Positions 34,522 to 43,000 of a stretch of 64,000 bases of DNA are shown here, in pieces. The first letter of the stretch is position 1, and every line of letters starts with the position of its first letter. The notes under the pieces were generated by a model. That model did not search any database. It was not told the DNA's origin and saw nothing but the letters and a program-made list of their open reading frames with translations. Origin of the DNA: an uncultured Gammaproteobacteria bacterium (GTDB taxonomy: Bacteria > Pseudomonadota > Gammaproteobacteria > UBA9214); the NCBI GenBank assembly GCA_963701505.1, contig CAVOZZ010000004.1, positions 160,472-224,471 on the forward strand. The letters run 5' to 3'. Position numbers and translations under genes: made by a program.

Positions 34522-35076
34522 CTACTCCCGCCACTTAATCGAGCAGCCAATACTGGGCACCTGGTGTGTCGGACCATGACCCGTAGCGGCCACTTCACAC
34601 ATGGCATTGAATAGCTCTCTGGGTGCAGCTGTCGCGGCAGTCGCCTTATTGCTAGCATCCAGTCGCCCCCGATACTGCAACTGCAGGTCACTGTTATATC
34701 CGAAAAAATCAGGGGTACAGACCGCACCGTAAGCCTTTGCAATGGACTGGGAGTAATCCAGCAGGTAGGGAAAGGTAAAATTATATTGCCGCGCGACAGC
34801 CTGCATGTTTTCAAAGCTGTCTTCCTCAAACAGGGTTGGATCATTGGACATGATCGCAACACTGTTAATGCCGAACTCTCGCAATTCAGAACTATCCCGT
34901 ACCAGACGATCGAGTATTGCCTTTACATACGGGCAGTGGTTACAGATGAACATCACCAGCAGGCCGTTTGGACCCCGGCAAGTCTCTAGCGTCCATTCCC
35001 GGTTGTCGACCCCGGGCAAAGAGAAATCGATTGCTTTTTTTCCGAACTCGCAGATCGGCGTTTCCAGACTGACCAT
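34522..35076 (-). CDS. Thioredoxin-fold redoxin (AhpC/TSA-like thiol-disulfide oxidoreductase)
   Basis: 'KAIDFSLPGVDNREWTLETCRGPNGLLVMFICNHCPYVKAI' has a CxxC in redoxin context. ATG at 35076 has AGGA 8 nt upstream. The ORF is open to 35145. Confidence 0.75.
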   Translation of the reverse strand: MVSLETPICEFGKKAIDFSLPGVDNREWTLETCRGPNGLLVMFICNHCPYVKAILDRLVRDSSELREFGINSVAIMSNDPTLFEEDSFENMQAVARQYNFTFPYLLDYSQSIAKAYGAVCTPDFFGYNSDLQLQYRGRLDASNKATAATAAPRELFNAMCEVAATGHGPTHQVPSIGCSIKWRE

Positions 35077-35197
35077 AATTGGTCCTTTTTGGTATGTAAG
35101 GTGAATCAACAATACTAGCAGGGTATAGATAACGGATGAAAACAATAATCGCGTCAGGTAGACTGATAGTGTTTAATTAATTCGAAAGCCATTATAT

Positions 35198-36385
35198 ATG
35201 TCCAACAATCATACATTTACATCAGAATCCGTCTCCGAGGGACACCCAGACAAGGTTGCCGATCAGATATCCGATGCCGTGCTTGACGCCATACTCGAGC
35301 AGGATCAGCGTGCCCGCGTCGCCGTCGAAACACTGGTCAAAACCGGTATGGTCATGATCGCCGGGGAAGTCACTACCACCGCATGGGTCGATCTGGAGGA
35401 GATCGTCCGCCAGACGGTGCGGGAAATTGGCTACAACAGTTCCGAGATTGGTTTTGACTGGGCTTCGTGTGCTGTATTGAATGCCATCGGCAAGCAATCG
35501 CCGGACATCGCAATGGGCGTCGATGAAAGCGATGCCCATGAACAGGGCGCTGGAGACCAGGGTCTCATGTTCGGCTATGCATCCAGTGAAACCGATGTGT
35601 TGATGCCGGCACCCATTACCTATTCCCACCGCCTGGTGAAACGCCAGTCAGAGGTGCGCAAAAATGGCACACTGCCATGGCTGCGCCCTGACGCGAAAAG
35701 CCAGATCACCTTTCGCTACGAGAACAACCGGCCAGTAGGTATAGATGCCGTGGTGCTCTCTACCCAGCATGATCCGGAGATTTCGCTGAATGCCTTGCGC
35801 GAGGCGGTCATGGACGAGATCATCAAGCCGGTACTGCCAGCCAAGTGGCTGGACCAGTGTCCTCTTGAACATATTCATATCAACCCGACCGGTCGTTTTG
35901 TGATTGGTGGCCCGGTCGGCGATTGCGGTCTTACCGGTCGCAAGATCATTGTGGACACCTATGGCGGCATGGCACGCCACGGTGGCGGCGCCTTCTCCGG
36001 CAAGGACCCGAGCAAGGTGGACCGCTCTGCCGCCTATGCCTCACGCTACGTGGCAAAAAATATCGTGGCAGGTGGACTGGCGGAACGCTGTGAAATACAG
36101 GTATCGTATGCGATTGGGGTCGCCGAACCGACCTCCATCAGTGTGGAAACCTTTGGCACGGGACTGCTTCAGGAAGATCGTCTGGTGGAACTGATACGTG
36201 AACATTTCGATTTGCGCCCGCGCGGCATGGTGGCCATGCTGAACCTCTTAAAACCGGGTTATAAACCCACCGCCGCCTATGGTCACTTCGGTCGCGAGGA
36301 TTGCGACTTCAGCTGGGAAAAAACAGACAAGGCCGATATCCTGCGAGAGGCTGCCGGCCTGCATACTATTGAAAAAACCGTTTAA
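35198..36385 (+). CDS. metK: S-adenosylmethionine synthetase
   Basis: '[27 protein letters not shown]', '[12 protein letters not shown]' and '[19 protein letters not shown]' are present. The ORF is intact at 395 aa. Confidence 0.97.
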   Translation: MSNNHTFTSESVSEGHPDKVADQISDAVLDAILEQDQRARVAVETLVKTGMVMIAGEVTTTAWVDLEEIVRQTVREIGYNSSEIGFDWASCAVLNAIGKQSPDIAMGVDESDAHEQGAGDQGLMFGYASSETDVLMPAPITYSHRLVKRQSEVRKNGTLPWLRPDAKSQITFRYENNRPVGIDAVVLSTQHDPEISLNALREAVMDEIIKPVLPAKWLDQCPLEHIHINPTGRFVIGGPVGDCGLTGRKIIVDTYGGMARHGGGAFSGKDPSKVDRSAAYASRYVAKNIVAGGLAERCEIQVSYAIGVAEPTSISVETFGTGLLQEDRLVELIREHFDLRPRGMVAMLNLLKPGYKPTAAYGHFGREDCDFSWEKTDKADILREAAGLHTIEKTV

Positions 36386-36404
36386 ATTACCCACGAGACC
36401 TGAA

Positions 36405-37823
36405 ATGACGACACAAACCGCTGAAAACATCTCACCTGACTACAAGGTAGCCGACATTGGACTGGCGGACTGGGGACGCAAGGAAATTGCCATTGCCGAA
36501 ACTGAAATGCCGGGCTTGATGGCATTGCGCACGCAATATGCAACAGAAAAGCCGCTCAAGGGCGCACGCATCGCTGGCAGTCTGCACATGACCATCCAGA
36601 CGGCGGTGCTGATCGAAACACTGGTGGAACTGGGCGCCGAGGTCCGCTGGGCATCCTGCAACATCTTCTCAACCCAGGACCATGCTGCAGCCGCAATTGC
36701 CGCACGCAATATACCTGTGTATGCATGGAAGGGTGAATCACTGGATGAATACTGGCAGTACACACACCAGATCATGGAATGGCATGATGGCGGAACGCCA
36801 AACATGATCCTTGACGATGGCGGTGACGCCACCATGCTGGTCATGCTGGGCTCCAGGGCTGAACAGGATCCACACGTACTGGACAACCCGGGTAGCGATG
36901 AAGAGATTGCCCTGTATAACAGCATTAGAAAACGCCTTGCCACGCAGCCTGGCTGGTACTCCAAAATTCTGGAAAACATCCACGGCGTGACAGAGGAAAC
37001 GACCACCGGTGTTCACCGCCTGTACCAGATGCAGGAACGCGGTGAATTGCCCTTCCCGGCCATCAATGTCAACGACTCGGTCACGAAGAGCAAGTTCGAC
37101 AACCTTTACGGTTGTCGTGAATCGCTCGTGGATGGTATCAAGCGCGCCACCGATGTCATGATTGCCGGCAAGATTGCTGTGGTTGTCGGTTATGGCGATG
37201 TCGGCAAAGGCTGCGCCCAGTCTTTGAAAGGTCTGGGTTGCACGGTATGGGTCACTGAAATAGATCCAATCTGCGCACTGCAGGCCGCCATGGAAGGCCA
37301 TCGTGTCGTCACCATGGATGACGCTGCCGCCGAGGCAAATATCTTTGTCACGGCAACCGGTAATTATCATGTCATTAACCACGACCACATGCTGGCGATG
37401 AGAGACCAGGCGATTGTCTGCAACATTGGTCACTTTGACAATGAAATTGATATTGCCAGCATGAAGAAATACAAATGGGAGAATATCAAACCCCAGGTTG
37501 ACCATATCATCCTGCCAAGCGGGAACCGCATTATCCTGCTGGCGGAAGGTCGGCTGGTAAATCTGGGTTGTGCTACCGGACACCCCAGTTTTGTGATGTC
37601 CAACAGTTTCACCAACCAGACACTGGCACAGATGGAGTTATGGAACCGCGGTGACCAGTATGAAAACCGAGTCTATACCCTGCCCAAGAAACTGGATGAA
37701 GAAGTTGCCAGGCTGCATCTTGGCAAGATTGGCGTAAAACTCACAACACTCTCACAACAGCAGGCTGACTACATTGGCGTGCCGGTAGAGGGGCCCTACA
37801 AGCCGGAACAGTATCGTTATTGA
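36405..37823 (+). CDS. ahcY: Adenosylhomocysteinase
   Basis: '[27 protein letters not shown]', 'DDGGDAT' and the NAD-binding '[15 protein letters not shown]' are present. ATG at 36405 is 19 nt after the metK stop. The ORF is intact. Confidence 0.97.
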   Translation: MTTQTAENISPDYKVADIGLADWGRKEIAIAETEMPGLMALRTQYATEKPLKGARIAGSLHMTIQTAVLIETLVELGAEVRWASCNIFSTQDHAAAAIAARNIPVYAWKGESLDEYWQYTHQIMEWHDGGTPNMILDDGGDATMLVMLGSRAEQDPHVLDNPGSDEEIALYNSIRKRLATQPGWYSKILENIHGVTEETTTGVHRLYQMQERGELPFPAINVNDSVTKSKFDNLYGCRESLVDGIKRATDVMIAGKIAVVVGYGDVGKGCAQSLKGLGCTVWVTEIDPICALQAAMEGHRVVTMDDAAAEANIFVTATGNYHVINHDHMLAMRDQAIVCNIGHFDNEIDIASMKKYKWENIKPQVDHIILPSGNRIILLAEGRLVNLGCATGHPSFVMSNSFTNQTLAQMELWNRGDQYENRVYTLPKKLDEEVARLHLGKIGVKLTTLSQQQADYIGVPVEGPYKPEQYRY

Positions 37824-37860
37824 GGTGCCAGTGCGCTCGCGCTCGGGTTCAACCCATTAT

Positions 37861-38718
37861 ATGACACAACAAGACCGGGCCTACAGCTTCGAGTTCTTTC
37901 CCCCAAAGACAGAGGATGGCATCAACAAGCTGGCAGCAACCAGCAAGCAACTGGCCGCACTAAATCCAAGCTTCTTTTCCGTTACCTTCGGTGCCGGGGG
38001 TTCATCACGCGACCGTACTTTCACGACCGTTGTCGAGCTCCAGAAAAATTCCGGAATTGATACTGCACCGCACCTGTCATGCATCTGCTCCACTCGCGAA
38101 AATATCCGCGAGATGCTGAACAACTACCGGGATATTGGTATCAACCATATCGTGGCATTACGCGGAGACATGCCGTCAGGCATGGGAGAGGCCGGGGAGT
38201 TTCGCTATGCTAATGAACTGGTCACATTTATTCGCGAGGAGACCGGCCAGCACTTTCATATCGAGGTTGCAGCCTATCCGGAATATCATCCGCAGGCAAC
38301 CAGCCCCGACAGGGATCTTGAAAATTTCAAGCGCAAGGTGGATGCAGGCGCCAGCAGTGCCATAACGCAGTATTTCTACAATCCGGACGCCTACTTCCGT
38401 TTTATCGATCGTTGTAATCGTATCAACATCGGAATTGACATCGTCCCGGGCATCATGCCGATCACCAACTACCATCAACTGGCGCGTTTCTCGGATGCCT
38501 GCGGAGCAGAAATTCCACGCTGGATACGCAAACGCCTCCAATCCTACGGTGAGGACCTGAAATCCATACGTGCCTTTGGTGAAGAGGTTGTCAGCAGCCT
38601 GTGTGCGCAGTTGCTCGAAAAGGGAGCTCCGGGACTGCACTTCTATACGCTCAATCGTGCCGGGCCTGCACTGGCTATCTGGGATAACCTGGGACTCGGC
38701 ACTTCTCAAAACAGCTAA
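37861..38718 (+). CDS. metF: Methylenetetrahydrofolate reductase
   Basis: 'SFEFFPPKTEDG', 'FFSVTFGAGGS', 'HLSC' and 'HIVALRGD' are present. ATG at 37861. Confidence 0.9.
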   Translation: MTQQDRAYSFEFFPPKTEDGINKLAATSKQLAALNPSFFSVTFGAGGSSRDRTFTTVVELQKNSGIDTAPHLSCICSTRENIREMLNNYRDIGINHIVALRGDMPSGMGEAGEFRYANELVTFIREETGQHFHIEVAAYPEYHPQATSPDRDLENFKRKVDAGASSAITQYFYNPDAYFRFIDRCNRINIGIDIVPGIMPITNYHQLARFSDACGAEIPRWIRKRLQSYGEDLKSIRAFGEEVVSSLCAQLLEKGAPGLHFYTLNRAGPALAIWDNLGLGTSQNS

Positions 38719-38794
38719 CAATCACTGCAATCTTGCCGCCGGTACATTACCAGCAAGCGCACCGCTTAACGATACTACTGCAACAACCGGTTCA

Positions 38795-39529
38795 ATGCGC
38801 ATATCCCGACTGTACACACCACAAACGCTCATCCAGGGTGAGGAGCTGACAGTCACTGGCCAGACGGCACATTACGTCATACATGTGCTACGGATACGCA
38901 GTGGTGCTGCTGTTCGGGTATTTGATGGCAAAGGTTGCGAACATCGCGCCCTCGTTAAAACTATCAAGCGCACGGAAATCATACTGGAAATTACAGAAGC
39001 CATCGCGGCCCGGCAAGAGTCATCACTGGATATAACGCTGTTACAGGGTATCGCACGTAATGACCGCATGGACCTGATCCTGCAAAAGGCGGTTGAATTG
39101 GGCGTTAAAACCATTCAGCCACTCTGGATGCAACGCAGTCAGGCGCGCCTGAAAGGGACTCGACTGGAAAAGCGCGGCAACCACTGGCTAGGTGTAATCA
39201 TCAGCGCATGTGAGCAATGTGGTCGAGCTACCATGCCACAACTGGCTGGCGCCCTGAATTTTACAGACTGTATGCTTGCCCAAAATACCAGTGGTCTGCG
39301 TTTCCTGCTACAACCGGACAGCGCTACGGCTCTTGGCGCGATGAACCCTCCGGATAAAATAATTCATCTGCTGGTAGGTCCGGAAGGAGGATTAAACGCT
39401 GACGAACAACTACTGGCCAGGTCAGCCGGCTTCACAGGTATTCATCTGGGACCGCGCATACTGCGCACTGAAACTGCCGCACTTGCAGCACTGGCCGGCA
39501 TGCAAGCATTGTGGGGAGATTTTAGTTAA
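38795..39529 (+). CDS. rsmE: 16S rRNA (uracil1498-N3)-methyltransferase
   Basis: 'MRISRLYTPQTL...HYVIHVLRIRSG..VRVFDGKG' is at the N-terminus. 'LLVGPEGGLNADE' and 'LGPRILRTETAALAAL' are at the C-terminus. ATG at 38795. Confidence 0.85.
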   Translation: MRISRLYTPQTLIQGEELTVTGQTAHYVIHVLRIRSGAAVRVFDGKGCEHRALVKTIKRTEIILEITEAIAARQESSLDITLLQGIARNDRMDLILQKAVELGVKTIQPLWMQRSQARLKGTRLEKRGNHWLGVIISACEQCGRATMPQLAGALNFTDCMLAQNTSGLRFLLQPDSATALGAMNPPDKIIHLLVGPEGGLNADEQLLARSAGFTGIHLGPRILRTETAALAALAGMQALWGDFS

Positions 39530-40043
39530 CCGGCAACTGCCTCACCGGGGCTGCTTCACCAAGGCAGGTTTCCAGCAGATTCTGCAAATATGGCAAATCC
39601 GGAATGACTGCTTCCTCACTGCCTATACGGACTATGCATTTCAAGCCATCATATGCATAGTCGACAACCTCGTCTGCCATTTCATTTCCAAACTGAATCA
39701 ACCCCGGAAGCCCAGCAGTAACGATTGCAAAATTTTTCATCGGGCTGTCAGGGTTTACAGAATGCAGAACCATCAGCCGAGAGAAGACCGGGTTCGAGGG
39801 TACCGTTAGGCCGCATACAGATTCGAGCGAAATCACGGGGATTTCCTGTGCGCGCCATTGCACCATTCCAAGGAACCATTCAGGCATCCCTTCGCAAGGG
39901 CTTGGCGCACGGTAGCTGCATATTTCAGCAACAACCACATTAGGCAACAACAGGTTCATCTTCCGCAGAGGCACCCACAAACTACGTACCTTGTCCTGTA
40001 CAACAGCCGGATTGCCAGCTTCACACATATCTACACTGCTCAT
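39522..40043 (-). CDS. CheW-like coupling protein (ChpC-like)
   Basis: 173 aa with a CheW-like core: 'LLLPNVVVAEICSY...PEWFLGMVQWRAQEIPVISLE...SRLMVLHS'. Its ATG overlaps the chpA stop (ATGA at 40040-40043). Its 3' end overlaps rsmE convergently by 8 nt. Confidence 0.7.
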   Translation of the reverse strand: MSSVDMCEAGNPAVVQDKVRSLWVPLRKMNLLLPNVVVAEICSYRAPSPCEGMPEWFLGMVQWRAQEIPVISLESVCGLTVPSNPVFSRLMVLHSVNPDSPMKNFAIVTAGLPGLIQFGNEMADEVVDYAYDGLKCIVRIGSEEAVIPDLPYLQNLLETCLGEAAPVRQLPVN

Positions 40044-43000
40044 GCTACTGCTCCCGCGGCTGACACTCCAATTATGCGATGTATGGAATCCAGCAAATCA
40101 CTCTCCTGGTAGGGCTTGCCGAGATAATTGTTCACGCCAATTTGCTGCGCGCGCTCCCGATGCTTGTCGCCAGTTCGTGACGTAATCATTATGATCGGCA
40201 CATGCTTCAGACGTGCATCGTTACGCATATGTGTAGCGAGTTCGAATCCATCCATTCTGGGCATTTCGATATCGAGCAACATCATGTCCGGCACCATATC
40301 CTGCAACTGTCCCATGGCGTCGATACCATCCTTTGCAGTCAAAATCCTGAATCCGTTACGCTCAAGCAAGCGCGACGTAACCTTGCGTACAGTGATGGAA
40401 TCATCTACAACCATAATTACAAGGCGAGACTCTTTATCTGTATCAACCGGCACTTCCGGCAACCGGGCACGCACATTCATTCTTGCCACTGCGGCCATAT
40501 CAAGCATCATCACGACGCGACCATCCCCCAGAATAGTTGCGCCCGAGATGCAATCCACCTTACTGAGCTGTGCACCTACAGGTTTGATGACAATCTCACG
40601 GCTTCCCATCAGGGCCTCAACCTGTACGGCAATACGTTTCTCCCCGATACGCACCAGTAACACCGGAACCTGTTTCTGGGTCCCGGCAGTACCAGTAGCG
40701 GAGGTATTCAACAGGGTCCCCAGATGTTTGAGCTGGTATTCATTTCCCGCATAATAATAAAGACACTCATCAGAGCGGTAACATACTGCGAGTTCTTCAC
40801 AATTAGCACGTACAACACCCTCAATGCTGGCCAGGGGCACACAGAATGTTTCATTACCAGCCATGACCAGCAATGCCTGATTAATTGCCAGCGTATAGGG
40901 AAGACGTACCGTAAATGTGGTGCCATAGCCGGCGGTTGATTCTATATGCAACGAACCGCCCAACTGTTTTACTTCGCTGTTAACGACATCCATTCCTACA
41001 CCACGACCTGATATCTGCGTGACCTCTGCTGCAGTACTAAAGCCGGTGTGCAAAATGAACTGCATGACATCATAATCGGACAACTGAGAGCCTTCCACCA
41101 TCAAACCGCGTTCCAGGGCGCGCTCACGAATCGCCTCAGTATTGATGCCAGCACCATCATCCTCGATACGCAATACAATTTCAGGCCCTTCGCGATCGAA
41201 TGTAATGGTGATCAATCCTTCGACCTTCTTGTCCAGCGCCTTTCGCTGTTCCGGCAGTTCTATGCCGTGTGCGACGGCGTTACGCAGCATGTGTTCGAGC
41301 GGTGCAATAACCCGATCGATTACGGTACGGTCCATTTCACCGTCAGCACCAAAGAGTTCAAGATCCACCTTCTTTCCTAATTGCCGCGCTGACTGCCGCA
41401 CAATGCGTCTCAGTCGCGAAGCAAGACCTGAAAAAGGGATCATTCGGGAACGCATCAGTCCGTCCTGAAGATCAGTGCTGACTCGTGATTGCTGTAGCAG
41501 CAGTGTCTCTGATTCACGTGTAGTATTCTCCATCAGTTCCTGGAGACTGCGTAAATCACTGATGCTTTCAATCAGGGATCGGGAGGCCTGCTGCAGATTT
41601 GAATAGCGATCCATTTCAAGCGGATCAAATTCCTGATTGCTTGCATCCACTTCCTGTTCATAGCGATAGAGAATCTGCGCTTCTGTTTCCATCTCCAGCA
41701 GGCGCAACTGGTCACGCAAACGAGTGATTGTCTGATCCAGTTCGGCGAGATTGTAACGATAGTCACTCACTTGCTGTTCCATGCGTGAACGGTAGATATT
41801 GATCTCGCCGGCGTAGTTCACCATGTCATCAAGCAAGGTTGACTGTACCCTAACCTGCTCGCCATGGGCACGCGCTTGTTGCTGACGCTCCTTCTTTTGC
41901 GGGAAGGTAAAATGCTCACGGTCTGGTAACTCAATATCATCCTTCCTGTCTTGTACTGATTCAGTGTCGCAACCTGTCGCATCGCCCTCGTCAATGGCCA
42001 GCTCAACCACCATGTCATTTGCTGATTCTGGTTCTTGCGTCTGGACAGACTCCTCCGAGGTCACTGTTATTGCCTGAGTATCAGCCTCATAGCTTGCATC
42101 ACATTGCGACACGGATACTCCCTCAATCTCCTCATGAGTATCATTTCCACTCTCAGTCTGCCATAGTGCGTCAAGACGGGCTTGCAGTTGTGTCGCCACT
42201 GCCGGCATTTGTCGTGACTTGACCTGTTCCAGCATCTCCGACAGACGGTCTTGTGATTCCTGCATCAGCGCGAATAGCTCATCAGACGTTGCAATCAGCC
42301 CATCAGCTATGCGCGTAATCAACGATTCGAGCACATGACTCAAATCACCAATTGCCTGAATATCAACCATGCGAGCCCCACCCTTGATGGTATGGAGCTG
42401 ACGCTGGAATTCGGTCATATATTCATTATTCTGGGGCTCCTCGGACCATGCGCGCAGTAGCACCTCGCTGCTGTCTATGATCTCCGAGGCCTCTTCAATA
42501 AATATTTCGTAGAGTTCCGGGTCCATATCCGAGAATGGATCAGGCTCTACTGCTAAGGTTGTATGAATCGCATTAACACTTTCAACCGCTGTAGCTGCCG
42601 TTTCCGATCCGGCTGGGTCTGGAACAGTTGCGTCAACACCATCCCCACCAGTCTGCTCATCTGCACTGGGTAGTGCCGCTATCTGGTCGCTTAAAGCTTG
42701 CTGATTTTTTTCATCATAGATGATATCTGGCAACTGCCGTGCAACAACAGCAAGTTCCGCATGACATGCGCGCAACACCTCAATTGCATCCTGGCTTACT
42801 GGCTGTTGCGTGTGGTAGTACCCAGCAAAATAGTCATTCAAATTACCAGCCAGTTCACGAATTGAAACAACCTCTGCTGACTCGGATATTCCCGAAAGCG
42901 TATGCAACGCCCGGTATAGGGTTTCACTAACAACGCGCGACTCATCACTTTCTTCAATAAATTCCTCTATAGCCTGCAGATGGTCCCAGCACTCTGCGCT

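Noticed and set aside
35077-36404. SAM or SAH riboswitch in front of metK or ahcY
   Set aside because: The metK upstream spacer is ~120 nt, AT-rich and without the GC-rich pseudoknot-forming segments. The metK-ahcY spacer is only 19 nt. No riboswitch-like structure was seen.
36738-37583. 281-aa ORF antisense to ahcY. Similar long antisense ORFs occur at 60416-61258 opposite pilU, 54415-55098 opposite tonB/Gx, 14973-15695 opposite sdaA and 38176-38721 opposite metF.
   Set aside because: These are shadow ORFs on the strand opposite strongly conserved, motif-verified genes. Their translations have no recognisable motifs and a skewed composition (Arg/Gly/His-rich).
40238-40250. tRNA-like T-loop string 'gagttcgaatcca'
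   Set aside because: It lies inside the ChpA receiver-domain coding sequence. The flanks do not form a T-arm or an acceptor stem.
40520-40560. 'DCISGATILGDG' in ChpA resembling the Dxx[ST]GA[ST] ApbE flavinylation motif
   Set aside because: This is the conserved CheW-domain motif of a cytoplasmic kinase. ApbE acts on extracytoplasmic substrates, so the match is coincidental.
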